Source: an uncultured Methylomirabilota bacterium (GTDB lineage: Bacteria > Methylomirabilota > Methylomirabilia > Methylomirabilales > 2-02-FULL-66-22). From it: a stretch of DNA of 64,000 bases. This document shows positions 55,633 through 64,000 of the stretch, piece by piece. Where the stretch lies: contig CAWJSJ010000005.1 in assembly GCA_963845565.1 (NCBI GenBank), positions 672,001-736,000 on the forward strand, given 5' to 3'. Position 1 is the first letter of the stretch. Every line of letters starts with the position of its first letter. Both the position numbers and the translations under genes were made by a program. The notes under the pieces are model-generated. The model ran no database searches. It was not told the DNA's origin and saw only the letters and a list, made by a program, of their open reading frames with translations.

Positions 55633-56739
55633 ATGACCATGGAGACAGGTCCTGTTCCCCAAATGGGCCGGCCAGCGCGGGAACCCGCGGCGCCGGGCGT
55701 AGGCCGCATGCGCCGCGCCAGGCGCCTGCGCCCCCTGGTGTGGGCGGGGCGGGCCGCGGTCGGGCTCGGGTGCACTGTACTGCTCGGCTGGATGGCGCTG
55801 GCCATTTATTTCGATTTCCTGCTGCTCGGGCCGCCGGGGCTCCGCGCGGGGCTCGGCGCCCTCGTGCCGGTCGGGGCGGTGGTCGCCCTGTGGCGCGTGC
55901 GCCCGCTCCGGTGGGTCGTCGCCGGGATTCTGGGGGCGTTCGTGGTGGTCCTTGCCGTGTGGCTCGCCATCCCGCCGTCCAATGACCGGGACTGGCAGCC
56001 CGACGTGGCGACGCTGGCCTACGCCGACATCCGCGGGGACCAAGTCCTCGTGCACAACGTCCGCAATGCCGAGTACCGGACCGAGACCGACTACACCGTG
56101 CGCCTCGAGGAGCGCGCGCTGGACCTCTCGAAGCTCCGCTCGCTGGACCTCTTCCTGATCTACTGGGGATCGCCCCTCATCGCCCACACCATCATGAGCT
56201 GGGGGTTCGAGGGCGACCAGTACCTGGCCATCTCGATCGAGACGCGCAAGGAGAAGGGCGAGGAATATTCCGCGCTCCGCGGGTTCTTCCGCCAGTACGA
56301 GCTCGTCTTCGTGGTCGCGGACGAGCGCGACGTCGTGCGCCTCCGCACGAATGTCCGCGGCGAGGACGTCTACGTCTACCGGCTCGACGCGTCCCCCGCG
56401 ATCGCGCGTCAGCTCCTGCTCCGGTACCTCGCGGAGATCAACCGATTGCACGACCGGCCCCAGTGGTACAACGCGCTGACACAGAATTGCACGACGGCGA
56501 TCCAGCGCCTCGCCCAGTCCGGTGCGCCTCGGTCGTGGTGGAGCTGGAAGCTGGTCGTGAACGGCTACCTCGACGAGCTGGGGTACGACCTCGGCGCCCT
56601 CGACCGCTCCTTGCCGTTTGCCGTCCTCAAGGCGAAGAGCCATATCAACGACCGGGCCAAGGCCGCCAACGACGACCCTCGCTTCTCGGTCCGGATCAGG
56701 GAAGGCCTCCCACGGATGGCCGCGACCGCGGCAAGATAG
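55633..56739 (+). CDS. DUF4105 / Lnb N-terminal-domain membrane protein
   Basis: PSNDRDWQPDV, AHTIMSWGF, SIETRKE, YNALTQNCTT. Confidence 0.88.
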   Translation: MTMETGPVPQMGRPAREPAAPGVGRMRRARRLRPLVWAGRAAVGLGCTVLLGWMALAIYFDFLLLGPPGLRAGLGALVPVGAVVALWRVRPLRWVVAGILGAFVVVLAVWLAIPPSNDRDWQPDVATLAYADIRGDQVLVHNVRNAEYRTETDYTVRLEERALDLSKLRSLDLFLIYWGSPLIAHTIMSWGFEGDQYLAISIETRKEKGEEYSALRGFFRQYELVFVVADERDVVRLRTNVRGEDVYVYRLDASPAIARQLLLRYLAEINRLHDRPQWYNALTQNCTTAIQRLAQSGAPRSWWSWKLVVNGYLDELGYDLGALDRSLPFAVLKAKSHINDRAKAANDDPRFSVRIREGLPRMAATAAR

Positions 56740-56749
56740 GGGTGACACC

Positions 56750-58632
56750 ATGAACCCGATGCCTGCCCACCGGTCTTTCCTTCTCGGTGCCCTGTGTCTG
56801 GCCCTGGCGGCCTGCGCGGGGCCGATCTCGGCGGTCCGGGTCGACCCCAAGGTCGTCCAGGCCGACCTCGGCCGGAGCGCCATCACCACGGGTGAGCCGA
56901 GCTGGCCGACGCGGAACGTGCTCTTCGAGCGGGGCCTCTCCGACGCCTTCGCCGCAGAGCCCGCGACCGCCCTGGCCGAGCTGCACCGGGCGATGGTCGC
57001 GACGCAGGGGGACCCGGACCTCCTCTTCGCCCTGGCCGAGCTGTCGTTCCTGCACGGCCAGGCCGCGAAGCAGCCCGCCTACGCCCTGGCGGCCGCCGTT
57101 TACGCCTACGCCTTCCTGTTCCCCGAGGGGGTTGGCGTGGCCCCCGGCCGGTTCGATCCCCGGCTCCGGATCGCGGCGGACCTGTACAACTGGGCGCTGA
57201 CGGCAGCCTTCGCCGCGCCGGACCGGGGGGCGGTCGTCCCGCGGGGCGGCACGTTCGAGTTGCCCTTCGGGCGGATCGCGGTGGCCTTCGACCCGGCGGC
57301 GCTCCGCGCCGGGGACCGCGAACTGGTCCGGTTCACCCCGATCGCGGAGCTGGAGGTGCACGGCCTGGCCATGCGGTATCGCTGGCCCGGCCTTGGCGCC
57401 CCCCTCGCCGCCACCACCCGGCCCCTCGAGTCCGCGCCGGCCGGGCGGGACATGGTGGCGCCGCGGCTGCAGGTGTCGGTGACCGCTCCTCCTGCGGATC
57501 TCCGAGGCCCGGCGCGCCCTCGTCCAGGGCGAGCCGCTCGCGGGCACGCTGGAGCTCCACCTGGCCTGGGACAAGGAATCGGTCACGATCGCCGGCGAGC
57601 CGGTGCCGCTCGAGAGCGAGCCGACGGCCGCCCTGGCGCTGACGGTCACCGATGTGCCGGTCATGGAGATCGAAGCGTTTGGGTTTCTCGGCCGACTCAC
57701 CGGATTGATGCAGGAGCGGTCCCCCCTCGTCTCCACCACGCCGTACCGGCCCGGGCTCATCCCCGTGGTCTTCGTCCACGGCACGGCCTCCAGCATCGTC
57801 CGTTGGGTCGAGATGTTCAACCGGCTGCAGGCCGACCCGGAGATCCGGAGCCGCTTCCAGGTCTGGTTCTTCCAGTACGACTCCGGCAACCCCATCGCGC
57901 TGTCCGCCCTGCGCCTCCGCGAGGCGCTGACCACGGCGGTCGCGCGGCTCGACCCCGAAGGCACGGATCCGGCCCTGCGCCGGATGATCCTGATCGGGCA
58001 CAGCCAGGGGGGCCTGCTGGTCAAGATGCAGGTCATCCAGCAGCGGCGATCGGATCTGGAACGGGGTCAGCCGCAAGCCCTTCGATCAGATGCAGTTCTC
58101 CGACGAGACCCGCGACCTGCTCCGGCGAGCGCTGTTCGTCGAGCCGCTGCCCGAGGTGTCGCGCGTGGTGTTCATCTGCACGCCGCAACGGGGCAGCTTC
58201 GTGGCGGGGAGCAATTTCATCGCCAACGTCGTCCGGCGACTCTTGACCCTCCCCCTCGCCCTCACCGGGGTGGCGGCGGACATCGCCCGGAACCCGGACG
58301 CCTTCGCGGGCGGGGCGAGCCCGGTCATGCCGTCGGCCGTGGACAACATGTCACCGCGGCACCCCTTCATCCGGGCCCTGCAGGACATCCCTATCGCGCC
58401 GTCCGTCGCGGTCCACTCCATCATCGCGGTCGAGGGGGACGGCCCGGTCGAAGAGGGCGACGATGGGGTGGTACAGTACACGAGTGCCCACATCGAGCCC
58501 GTCGAGTCCGAGCTGGTCGTGCGGTCGGGCCATTCCGTGCAGGGCAATCCCCACGCCATCGAGGAGGTGCGCCGGATTCTGCGGCTGCACGGGGAGATGA
58601 AGACGGGGACGGAACCGCTCAAGGCCCGATGA
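56750..58632 (+). CDS. Lipoprotein alpha/beta hydrolase 2 (frameshifts near 57485 and 58040)
   Basis: Lipobox LAAC; GHSQGG; DGVV; paralog of 31807-33631. Confidence 0.85.
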
Positions 58633-58740
58633 CAGCGGAGTGCGCGATTGGCGTCGGGATGGGCGCGGGCGCTGGGCGCATCCCGCGCCCCGGCATGGGG
58701 TCAGGCTTTCCATGCGTATTATGTTGGCACGTAAAACATA

Positions 58741-58788
58741 GGGGACGTCCATAAAAGTATAAATATTTATACTTTTATGGACGTCCCC
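58741..58788. repeat. Perfect 48-bp palindrome made of the same arms as the 50549 element
   Basis: GGGGACGTCCATAAAAGTATAAAT-ATTTATACTTTTATGGACGTCCCC. Confidence 0.95.
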
Positions 58789-58955
58789 GAATCGTGATCG
58801 TCCGATCATTCTGGAAACGCTTCAGAACGATACTGCGGTCAAGCCATCGCGCACTGACGCACATTCTGCGTGCTTTCCCGGTCTTTTCTTTTGACTCTCC
58901 GTGTCCCATTCGATAGGCTGCTGCCCGACGAACGCCGCAGCCAGGCCGGTCCGTC

Positions 58956-61900
58956 TTGGTGTGCTGTCTCTTGGCCGCGGAGCAGGCGCGGTGTGCTCCC
59001 ACGACGAGTCGGCCCGTCGGGAAGACGGAAAGATTGATCGTGTATAATCTCCGAATCGGATTCCTCGGGATCCGCCTTCCACTGTCACTGTTCATCCTTC
59101 TCGCCTTCGGACCGTACGCCGACGGGGCCCAGGCGCCGCCACCCGATACCCTCAGCACAAAGAACGTCCTGATCCTGCATGCCTTCGAACCCAATATCCC
59201 CATTTTCGAATTGACCGATCGGGGACTCCGAGCGTCCCTGGATGCGGGTGGCGTGCGCATCAGGAACCAGTTCCTCGAATACCTGGACCTGGCGCGCAAC
59301 CCCGACCCCGAACACAGGGGAAAGATGGCCGAGTTGATGCGCCTGCGATACGAGCGACGCGCGATTGACGCGATCGTCACCATGTATCCGGAGGCCCTGC
59401 ATTTCCTGCTTCAAGAGGGCCAGCGGATATTCCCCGGCGTTCCCGCTATCGCCCTGTACCTCCCGGAAGGGTTCGAAATGCCGAAGACCGACCGCCTCGT
59501 AATCGGTCATACCGTTACGGCGGATATCGTTGGCACCCTGGAGATTGCGCTGAAGCTGATCCCCGACGCAAAACACCTCTACATCGTGAGCGGCGCGCAC
59601 AAGGTCGACCGAAGCATGGAGGAAAAGGCCCGCCGGGATCTCAAGAAGCGGGAAGGCCGGCTAGAGATACGCTCCTTGAGCGACCGGCCCTTCGAGGAGA
59701 TGCTGACCGCAGTTTCGAGCGCTCCCGCCGAGGCTATTGTTCTTCTCCTTGGTGTCGCTGCCGACGTGACCGGAAAGCCCTACACCACGAGGGAAGTGGC
59801 CAGTCGCTTGGGGGAGGTCTCCCGTGCGCCGGTGTTTGGGCTGTACGATGTCGCGCTCGGATACGGTATCGCTGGAGGCTCGCTGATCAGCTTCGAGGGC
59901 ATTGGAACCAGGGCGGGCCAACTAGCCCTGGATATTCTGAGCGGCACGAAGACTCCAGGGAATATCTCCGCGACGCTGGACGTCCCACCCGCGCCCAAGT
60001 TCGACTGGCAGCAACTCAAGCGCTGGAGCCTATCCGTGGACGCCGTGCCGCCGGGGAGCATCATCATCAACCGCGAGTACACGCTCTGGGAGCGGAACCG
60101 CACGGCGGTGATCGTCGCGTTCTTTGTTCTCGTCCTGCAGGCACTGTTGATCGTGAGCCTTGCGGTGAGCAGGGCGCAACGCCGGCGTGTGGAACGGCAA
60201 CTCGCGGAGCAATTGCGGATTGAGAGCCTCGTCGCCGACCTGTCGGCCCGCTTTGTCCATCTACCCGCGCGCCAGATCGAGAGCGAAATCCAGGACGCCC
60301 AACGCCAAATCTGTGAAATCCTCGACCTCGATCGGTCCACGTTGCTGCAAGTGCCGCCGGACGAGCCCAGCACCATGTGCATGACGCATGTCCACACCCC
60401 GTCGGAGACGCCGCCAGTTCGGTTACCGATGGACATGGGAGACGTTATCCCGTGGACAATCCAGAGGCTCCTGCGCGGGGAGACGCTGATCATCTCGGCC
60501 CTCGCGGCCCTCCCGCCGGAAGCCGCCCGGGACCGAGAAACCTTCCAACGGTACGGGACCAAGGCGGTCGTGGCGGTTCCGCTCGTCGCAGACGGGGCGG
60601 TCGTCGGGGCGCTTAGCTTCGCGGCGACGCGCGCGGAGCGGGCGTGGACGGGCGACGTCGTACGCGGCTTCCGCGTAGTCGCCGAGGTGATCGCCAATGC
60701 GCTTTCCCGGCGGCGGGCGGATCAGGCGCTTCGCGAGAGCCAGGCGCGCCTGACCCTCGCGGTGGCCAGCGCCGAGGCCCGCCTGTGGGAGGTGGAAGCG
60801 GAGACCGAACGCGTGTGGATGACGGAGGAGGGGCGGGCCTACTTTGGACTCGGCCCGAATGAGGCGATGACGTTCAATCGCCTGGCCGAGTTCATTCACC
60901 CCGACGATCGTGCGATCTGGCGCGATAACATCCGGCAGGCGCTGGACACGGGTCGGATCCTGCGCAACGAATTCCGGGTTCTCGGCCCGGACGGCAGCGT
61001 CCGGTGGATTGCCTCCCAGGGGCGCCTCCACGGCGATGTGGCCGGGAGGCCGCGCCGTCTGCTGGGGGTGTCCATCGACGTCACCGAGCGCCGGCAGGTC
61101 GAGGAGCGCCTCCGCGCGAGCGAAGCGCTGAGCACCGGGGTGTTCGCCTCGCTCCCCGGGCATATGGTCATCGTGGATCGCTCCGGGGCCATTCTGCGGA
61201 CCAGCGACACGTGGCAGGCGTTCGCCGCCGGGGACGAGGCATTGGATCCGACCGTCCTGGCGGTCGGCGCGCGGCAACACCCGGCCAGCCCGCACGGCGA
61301 TGCGGAAAGCGGTCCGATAGCCAGGGAAGTGCTGGCGGGGATCGAGGCGGTCCTCGACGGCACGCAGGCGGAATTCCGTCTCGAGTATGCGTATCCGACG
61401 CGTACCGAGGAGCGCTGGGCCAGCGTCAGCGTCCTTCCGTTGCAGCGGCCGGAGGGGGGAGCGGTCATCTATCACCACGACATCACCATGTCACAGCGAT
61501 CGCGCCTGGAGGTGGAGCGCCTCCGTCGGGATCTGACGCACGTGGCGCGGGTGACCACGATGGGGGAGATGGCGGCGGCCCTGGCCCACGAGCTGAACCA
61601 GCCGCTCACGGCCATCTTGAGCAACGCCCATGCGGGTGAGCGGTACATGGCGCAGGCAGCGCCGCCCCTGGATGAAATCCGAGAAATCCTGCAGGATGTG
61701 GTCGGCGATGCCCGGCGGGCTGGTGAGGTGATTCAGCGCCTGCGCAGCCTGTTGCGGAAGGACGACGCGCGCTTTCTGCCGCTCGACGTCAACCCCGTGG
61801 TCCGGGAAATCGCTGCGCTCGTCCGCACGGACGCCATTCTCCGGAACGTTGCGATCGATCTGGACCTGTCCCCCGAGCTCCCCCGCGTCCACGGAGACCG

Positions 61901-62243
61901 CGTTCAGCTCCAGCAGGTGCTGCTCAACCTCGTCCTCAACGGCATGGAAGCGATGGGGCCGAATGGCGAGGAGCGGCGGATCGTGATCCAGACCCGGCAG
62001 GGCGACGGGGCGGTGCGGATCTCCGTGCAGGATCAGGGTCCTGGTATTCCTGCCGATACACTACCACGCGTTTTCGAGACCTTCTACACCACCAAGCCCA
62101 GCGGGATGGGGATGGGCCTGGCGATCAGTCGCTCCATCGTGGAAGCCCACGGAGGCAAGATCTGGGCCGAGAACAACCCCGACCGCGGCGCCACGTTTGC
62201 GTTCACACTCCCCGCCTGCCCGCCGGAATCCACTCCTGCATAA
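58956..62243 (+). CDS. FixL-like sensor histidine kinase (periplasmic SBP-like sensor, TM, GAF, PAS, HisKA, HATPase); start uncertain
   Basis: AHELNQPL, QQVLLNLVLNG, DQGPG, GMGMGLAISRSIVEAHGG. Confidence 0.93.
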   Translation: MVCCLLAAEQARCAPTTSRPVGKTERLIVYNLRIGFLGIRLPLSLFILLAFGPYADGAQAPPPDTLSTKNVLILHAFEPNIPIFELTDRGLRASLDAGGVRIRNQFLEYLDLARNPDPEHRGKMAELMRLRYERRAIDAIVTMYPEALHFLLQEGQRIFPGVPAIALYLPEGFEMPKTDRLVIGHTVTADIVGTLEIALKLIPDAKHLYIVSGAHKVDRSMEEKARRDLKKREGRLEIRSLSDRPFEEMLTAVSSAPAEAIVLLLGVAADVTGKPYTTREVASRLGEVSRAPVFGLYDVALGYGIAGGSLISFEGIGTRAGQLALDILSGTKTPGNISATLDVPPAPKFDWQQLKRWSLSVDAVPPGSIIINREYTLWERNRTAVIVAFFVLVLQALLIVSLAVSRAQRRRVERQLAEQLRIESLVADLSARFVHLPARQIESEIQDAQRQICEILDLDRSTLLQVPPDEPSTMCMTHVHTPSETPPVRLPMDMGDVIPWTIQRLLRGETLIISALAALPPEAARDRETFQRYGTKAVVAVPLVADGAVVGALSFAATRAERAWTGDVVRGFRVVAEVIANALSRRRADQALRESQARLTLAVASAEARLWEVEAETERVWMTEEGRAYFGLGPNEAMTFNRLAEFIHPDDRAIWRDNIRQALDTGRILRNEFRVLGPDGSVRWIASQGRLHGDVAGRPRRLLGVSIDVTERRQVEERLRASEALSTGVFASLPGHMVIVDRSGAILRTSDTWQAFAAGDEALDPTVLAVGARQHPASPHGDAESGPIAREVLAGIEAVLDGTQAEFRLEYAYPTRTEERWASVSVLPLQRPEGGAVIYHHDITMSQRSRLEVERLRRDLTHVARVTTMGEMAAALAHELNQPLTAILSNAHAGERYMAQAAPPLDEIREILQDVVGDARRAGEVIQRLRSLLRKDDARFLPLDVNPVVREIAALVRTDAILRNVAIDLDLSPELPRVHGDRVQLQQVLLNLVLNGMEAMGPNGEERRIVIQTRQGDGAVRISVQDQGPGIPADTLPRVFETFYTTKPSGMGMGLAISRSIVEAHGGKIWAENNPDRGATFAFTLPACPPESTPA

Positions 62244-62301
62244 GCCGCCGTTCCGACCACCCACGCTCGGGTATCGATGGGCCCGAAATCTCGACCTACG
62301 C

Positions 62302-62580
62302 TCACGCCGCGAGCTGCCTCTTGACACGTGCCAGTTCTTTCTCGATCCGGTCCAAGCGAGTCTGGACGGTGCTCGCGGTGGCGAGACGATCCCTGAGGAT
62401 GCTGTTGAGGAGTCGCTGATACGGGACGCCACTCTCGGCTGATAACTCCTTGAGCTTTTCCAGGCTGTCAGCATCGACATTGATCGTGATCTTCACGGCT
62501 CCCCGCCTTGCCATTTCGGAGCGAATCTCACGCGTTCCCGCATGATCAAGTGTCAGGTCTCGCATCCTTGGCTTTTTCAT
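62302..62580 (-). CDS. BrnA/CopG-like antitoxin
   Basis: VKITINVD...GVPYQRLLNSIL; overlaps the BrnT gene. Confidence 0.8.
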   Translation of the reverse strand: MKKPRMRDLTLDHAGTREIRSEMARRGAVKITINVDADSLEKLKELSAESGVPYQRLLNSILRDRLATASTVQTRLDRIEKELARVKRQLAA

Positions 62581-62839
62581 TGTACATCCTCCTGAATTCC
62601 CTCCACTCCGCGGAGCCGATTATCCGTATCTTGGCTCCGCGTCGGGTGAACCTGGTGGTGAGGACTCGACCCGACGAGCTCTTTCCAATCCAGTAGAATC
62701 GTTGCTCGATCTCCGAGTGTCTTCCGTCCACGACCACGAAGCCGGCTGGGTCGTAGAAGGATTCGACGGCTTCGGCGAACGAGATCTTATGCTTCCGAAG
62801 GTTCTCGGTGTCCTTGCTCGCGTCCCACTCGAATTCCAT
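62546..62839 (-). CDS. BrnT-family toxin
   Basis: MEFEWDASKDTENLRKHKISFAEA...RIIG. Confidence 0.9.
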   Translation of the reverse strand: MEFEWDASKDTENLRKHKISFAEAVESFYDPAGFVVVDGRHSEIEQRFYWIGKSSSGRVLTTRFTRRGAKIRIIGSAEWREFRRMYNEKAKDARPDT

Positions 62840-63077
62840 GGACGTATCTTACCATATCGATATGGAAACCACCACCCGTCAGAGCGGCAACCTCACACAG
62901 GTCGCTCGTGCTGCTTACTCGTCTTGCGGCGAAAGGTGAGAATGAAGAGAGTGTTCCGATGAGTGTCGTGGTGCCTTCCGTATTCCTGTTGACAGCCGCA
63001 TCCGGTGTGCCGGATGCTCAGGCGCAGTTCCGAGGGAGCGGCCGGTCCGAAACCCTGGCGGTGGAAGGAGTTCCGTT

Positions 63078-64000
63078 ATGACTCTGCTGCTGAAAGAGAT
63101 CCGCCACAACCCCCTGCTGTGGCTGCTGGCCTTCGTGCCCGTGCTGTTCGCAGCGCAAAAGCTCAAGCCCGAAGCGCACACGCTGCTGTTCGTGCTGTCC
63201 GTCCTGGCCATCGTGCCACTGGCGACGCTGCTGAGCCACGCCACCGAATCCGTGGCGGCCAAGACAGGCGATGCGGTCGGTGGTCTGCTCAACGCCACGC
63301 TGGGAAATCTGACCGAACTGGTCATCGCGCTGGCGGCGTTGCGCGCCGGCGAATACGCACTGGTGAAGGCGTCCATCGCCGGGGCGATCGTCACCAACAC
63401 GCTGTTCATGCTGGGCGTGTCGTTTCTGCTCGGCGGACTCAAGCACCACGTGCAGGAGTACAACCGAGTCAGCGCCCGCGTGCAAGCGGCCCTGCTCTTC
63501 CTGGCCACGGTCGCGCTGCTGATTCCTTCGGCGACCTCTGAAGCCGACTCCGTGGCGGGGGCGGCGTTCACGCAGACGTTGAGCGCGAGTCTGGCCGTGC
63601 TGCTCATCATTGCTTACGGATTGGGCATGCTGTTCTCGCTCAAGACGCACCGCGAACTCTTTGCCAGCGCGGAACACGGCGAGGAGGGCGAAGCGCCGTG
63701 GCCGATCGGTCTGGCCCTGGCCACGCTGGCCGGCGTCACGGTGCTGGTCGCGCTGGTGAGTGAGATCTTCGTCGAGTCGGTGCAGGAGGCGGCGGTGACG
63801 TTCGGGATGACCCCTGCGTTCGTGGGTTTCATCGTCGTGGCGCTGGTGGGCGGTGCGGCGGAGATGGCCTCGGCGTTTTCCGGCGCGCGGAAGAACCGCC
63901 TCGACTTGAGCGTGGGCATCGCGTTGGGGAGCGCGTCACAGATTGCGCTGTTCGTCGCGCCGGTGCTGGTGCTGCTCAGCTACGTTATCGGCCCGGCGCC
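63078..64000 (+). CDS. cax: Calcium/proton exchanger (CAX/ChaA), runs off the window
   Basis: GGLLNATLGNLTELVI, ASIAGAIVTNTLF, FSLKTH, GGAAEM, ALGSASQIALFVAP. Confidence 0.9.
   Translation, partial: MTLLLKEIRHNPLLWLLAFVPVLFAAQKLKPEAHTLLFVLSVLAIVPLATLLSHATESVAAKTGDAVGGLLNATLGNLTELVIALAALRAGEYALVKASIAGAIVTNTLFMLGVSFLLGGLKHHVQEYNRVSARVQAALLFLATVALLIPSATSEADSVAGAAFTQTLSASLAVLLIIAYGLGMLFSLKTHRELFASAEHGEEGEAPWPIGLALATLAGVTVLVALVSEIFVESVQEAAVTFGMTPAFVGFIVVALVGGAAEMASAFSGARKNRLDLSVGIALGSASQIALFVAPVLVLLSYVIGPA

Noticed and set aside
1..64000. tRNA, rRNA, integrase or transposase genes
   Set aside because: None recognisable by eye. A tRNAscan/Rfam/HMM scan would be needed to exclude small RNAs.

Overview
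High-GC bacterial accessory region, almost all on the + strand. It is packed with secreted and envelope proteins. These include a multiheme cytochrome-HEAT/TPR protein, two Cys-type arylsulfatases, two DUF2092 + Ala/Gln-rich gene pairs, a SYLF/Ysc84 protein, outer-membrane barrels (one FadL-type), MscS, a solute-binding protein, a trypsin-like protease, Pal, two lipoprotein alpha/beta hydrolases and an M13 peptidase. There is also an RND adaptor with two mosaic near-identical RND pumps, AspT + CyuA, DUF4105, a FixL/FixJ-like two-component pair and a Ca/H exchanger. Three small toxin-antitoxin-like modules lie on the - strand. Many genes are split by 1-bp indels that look like long-read errors. 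The intergenic DNA is the least explained part: several families of 7-8 nt periodic arrays and short inverted-repeat elements occur in matched pairs around gene modules, including a 24-bp-arm element seen once with a spacer and once as a perfect 48-bp palindrome. Two sigma54-type promoters are visible, one upstream of a secreted protein made of six KGTEGPDV(R/K)K-type repeats. All family assignments come from motif recognition, not database searches.
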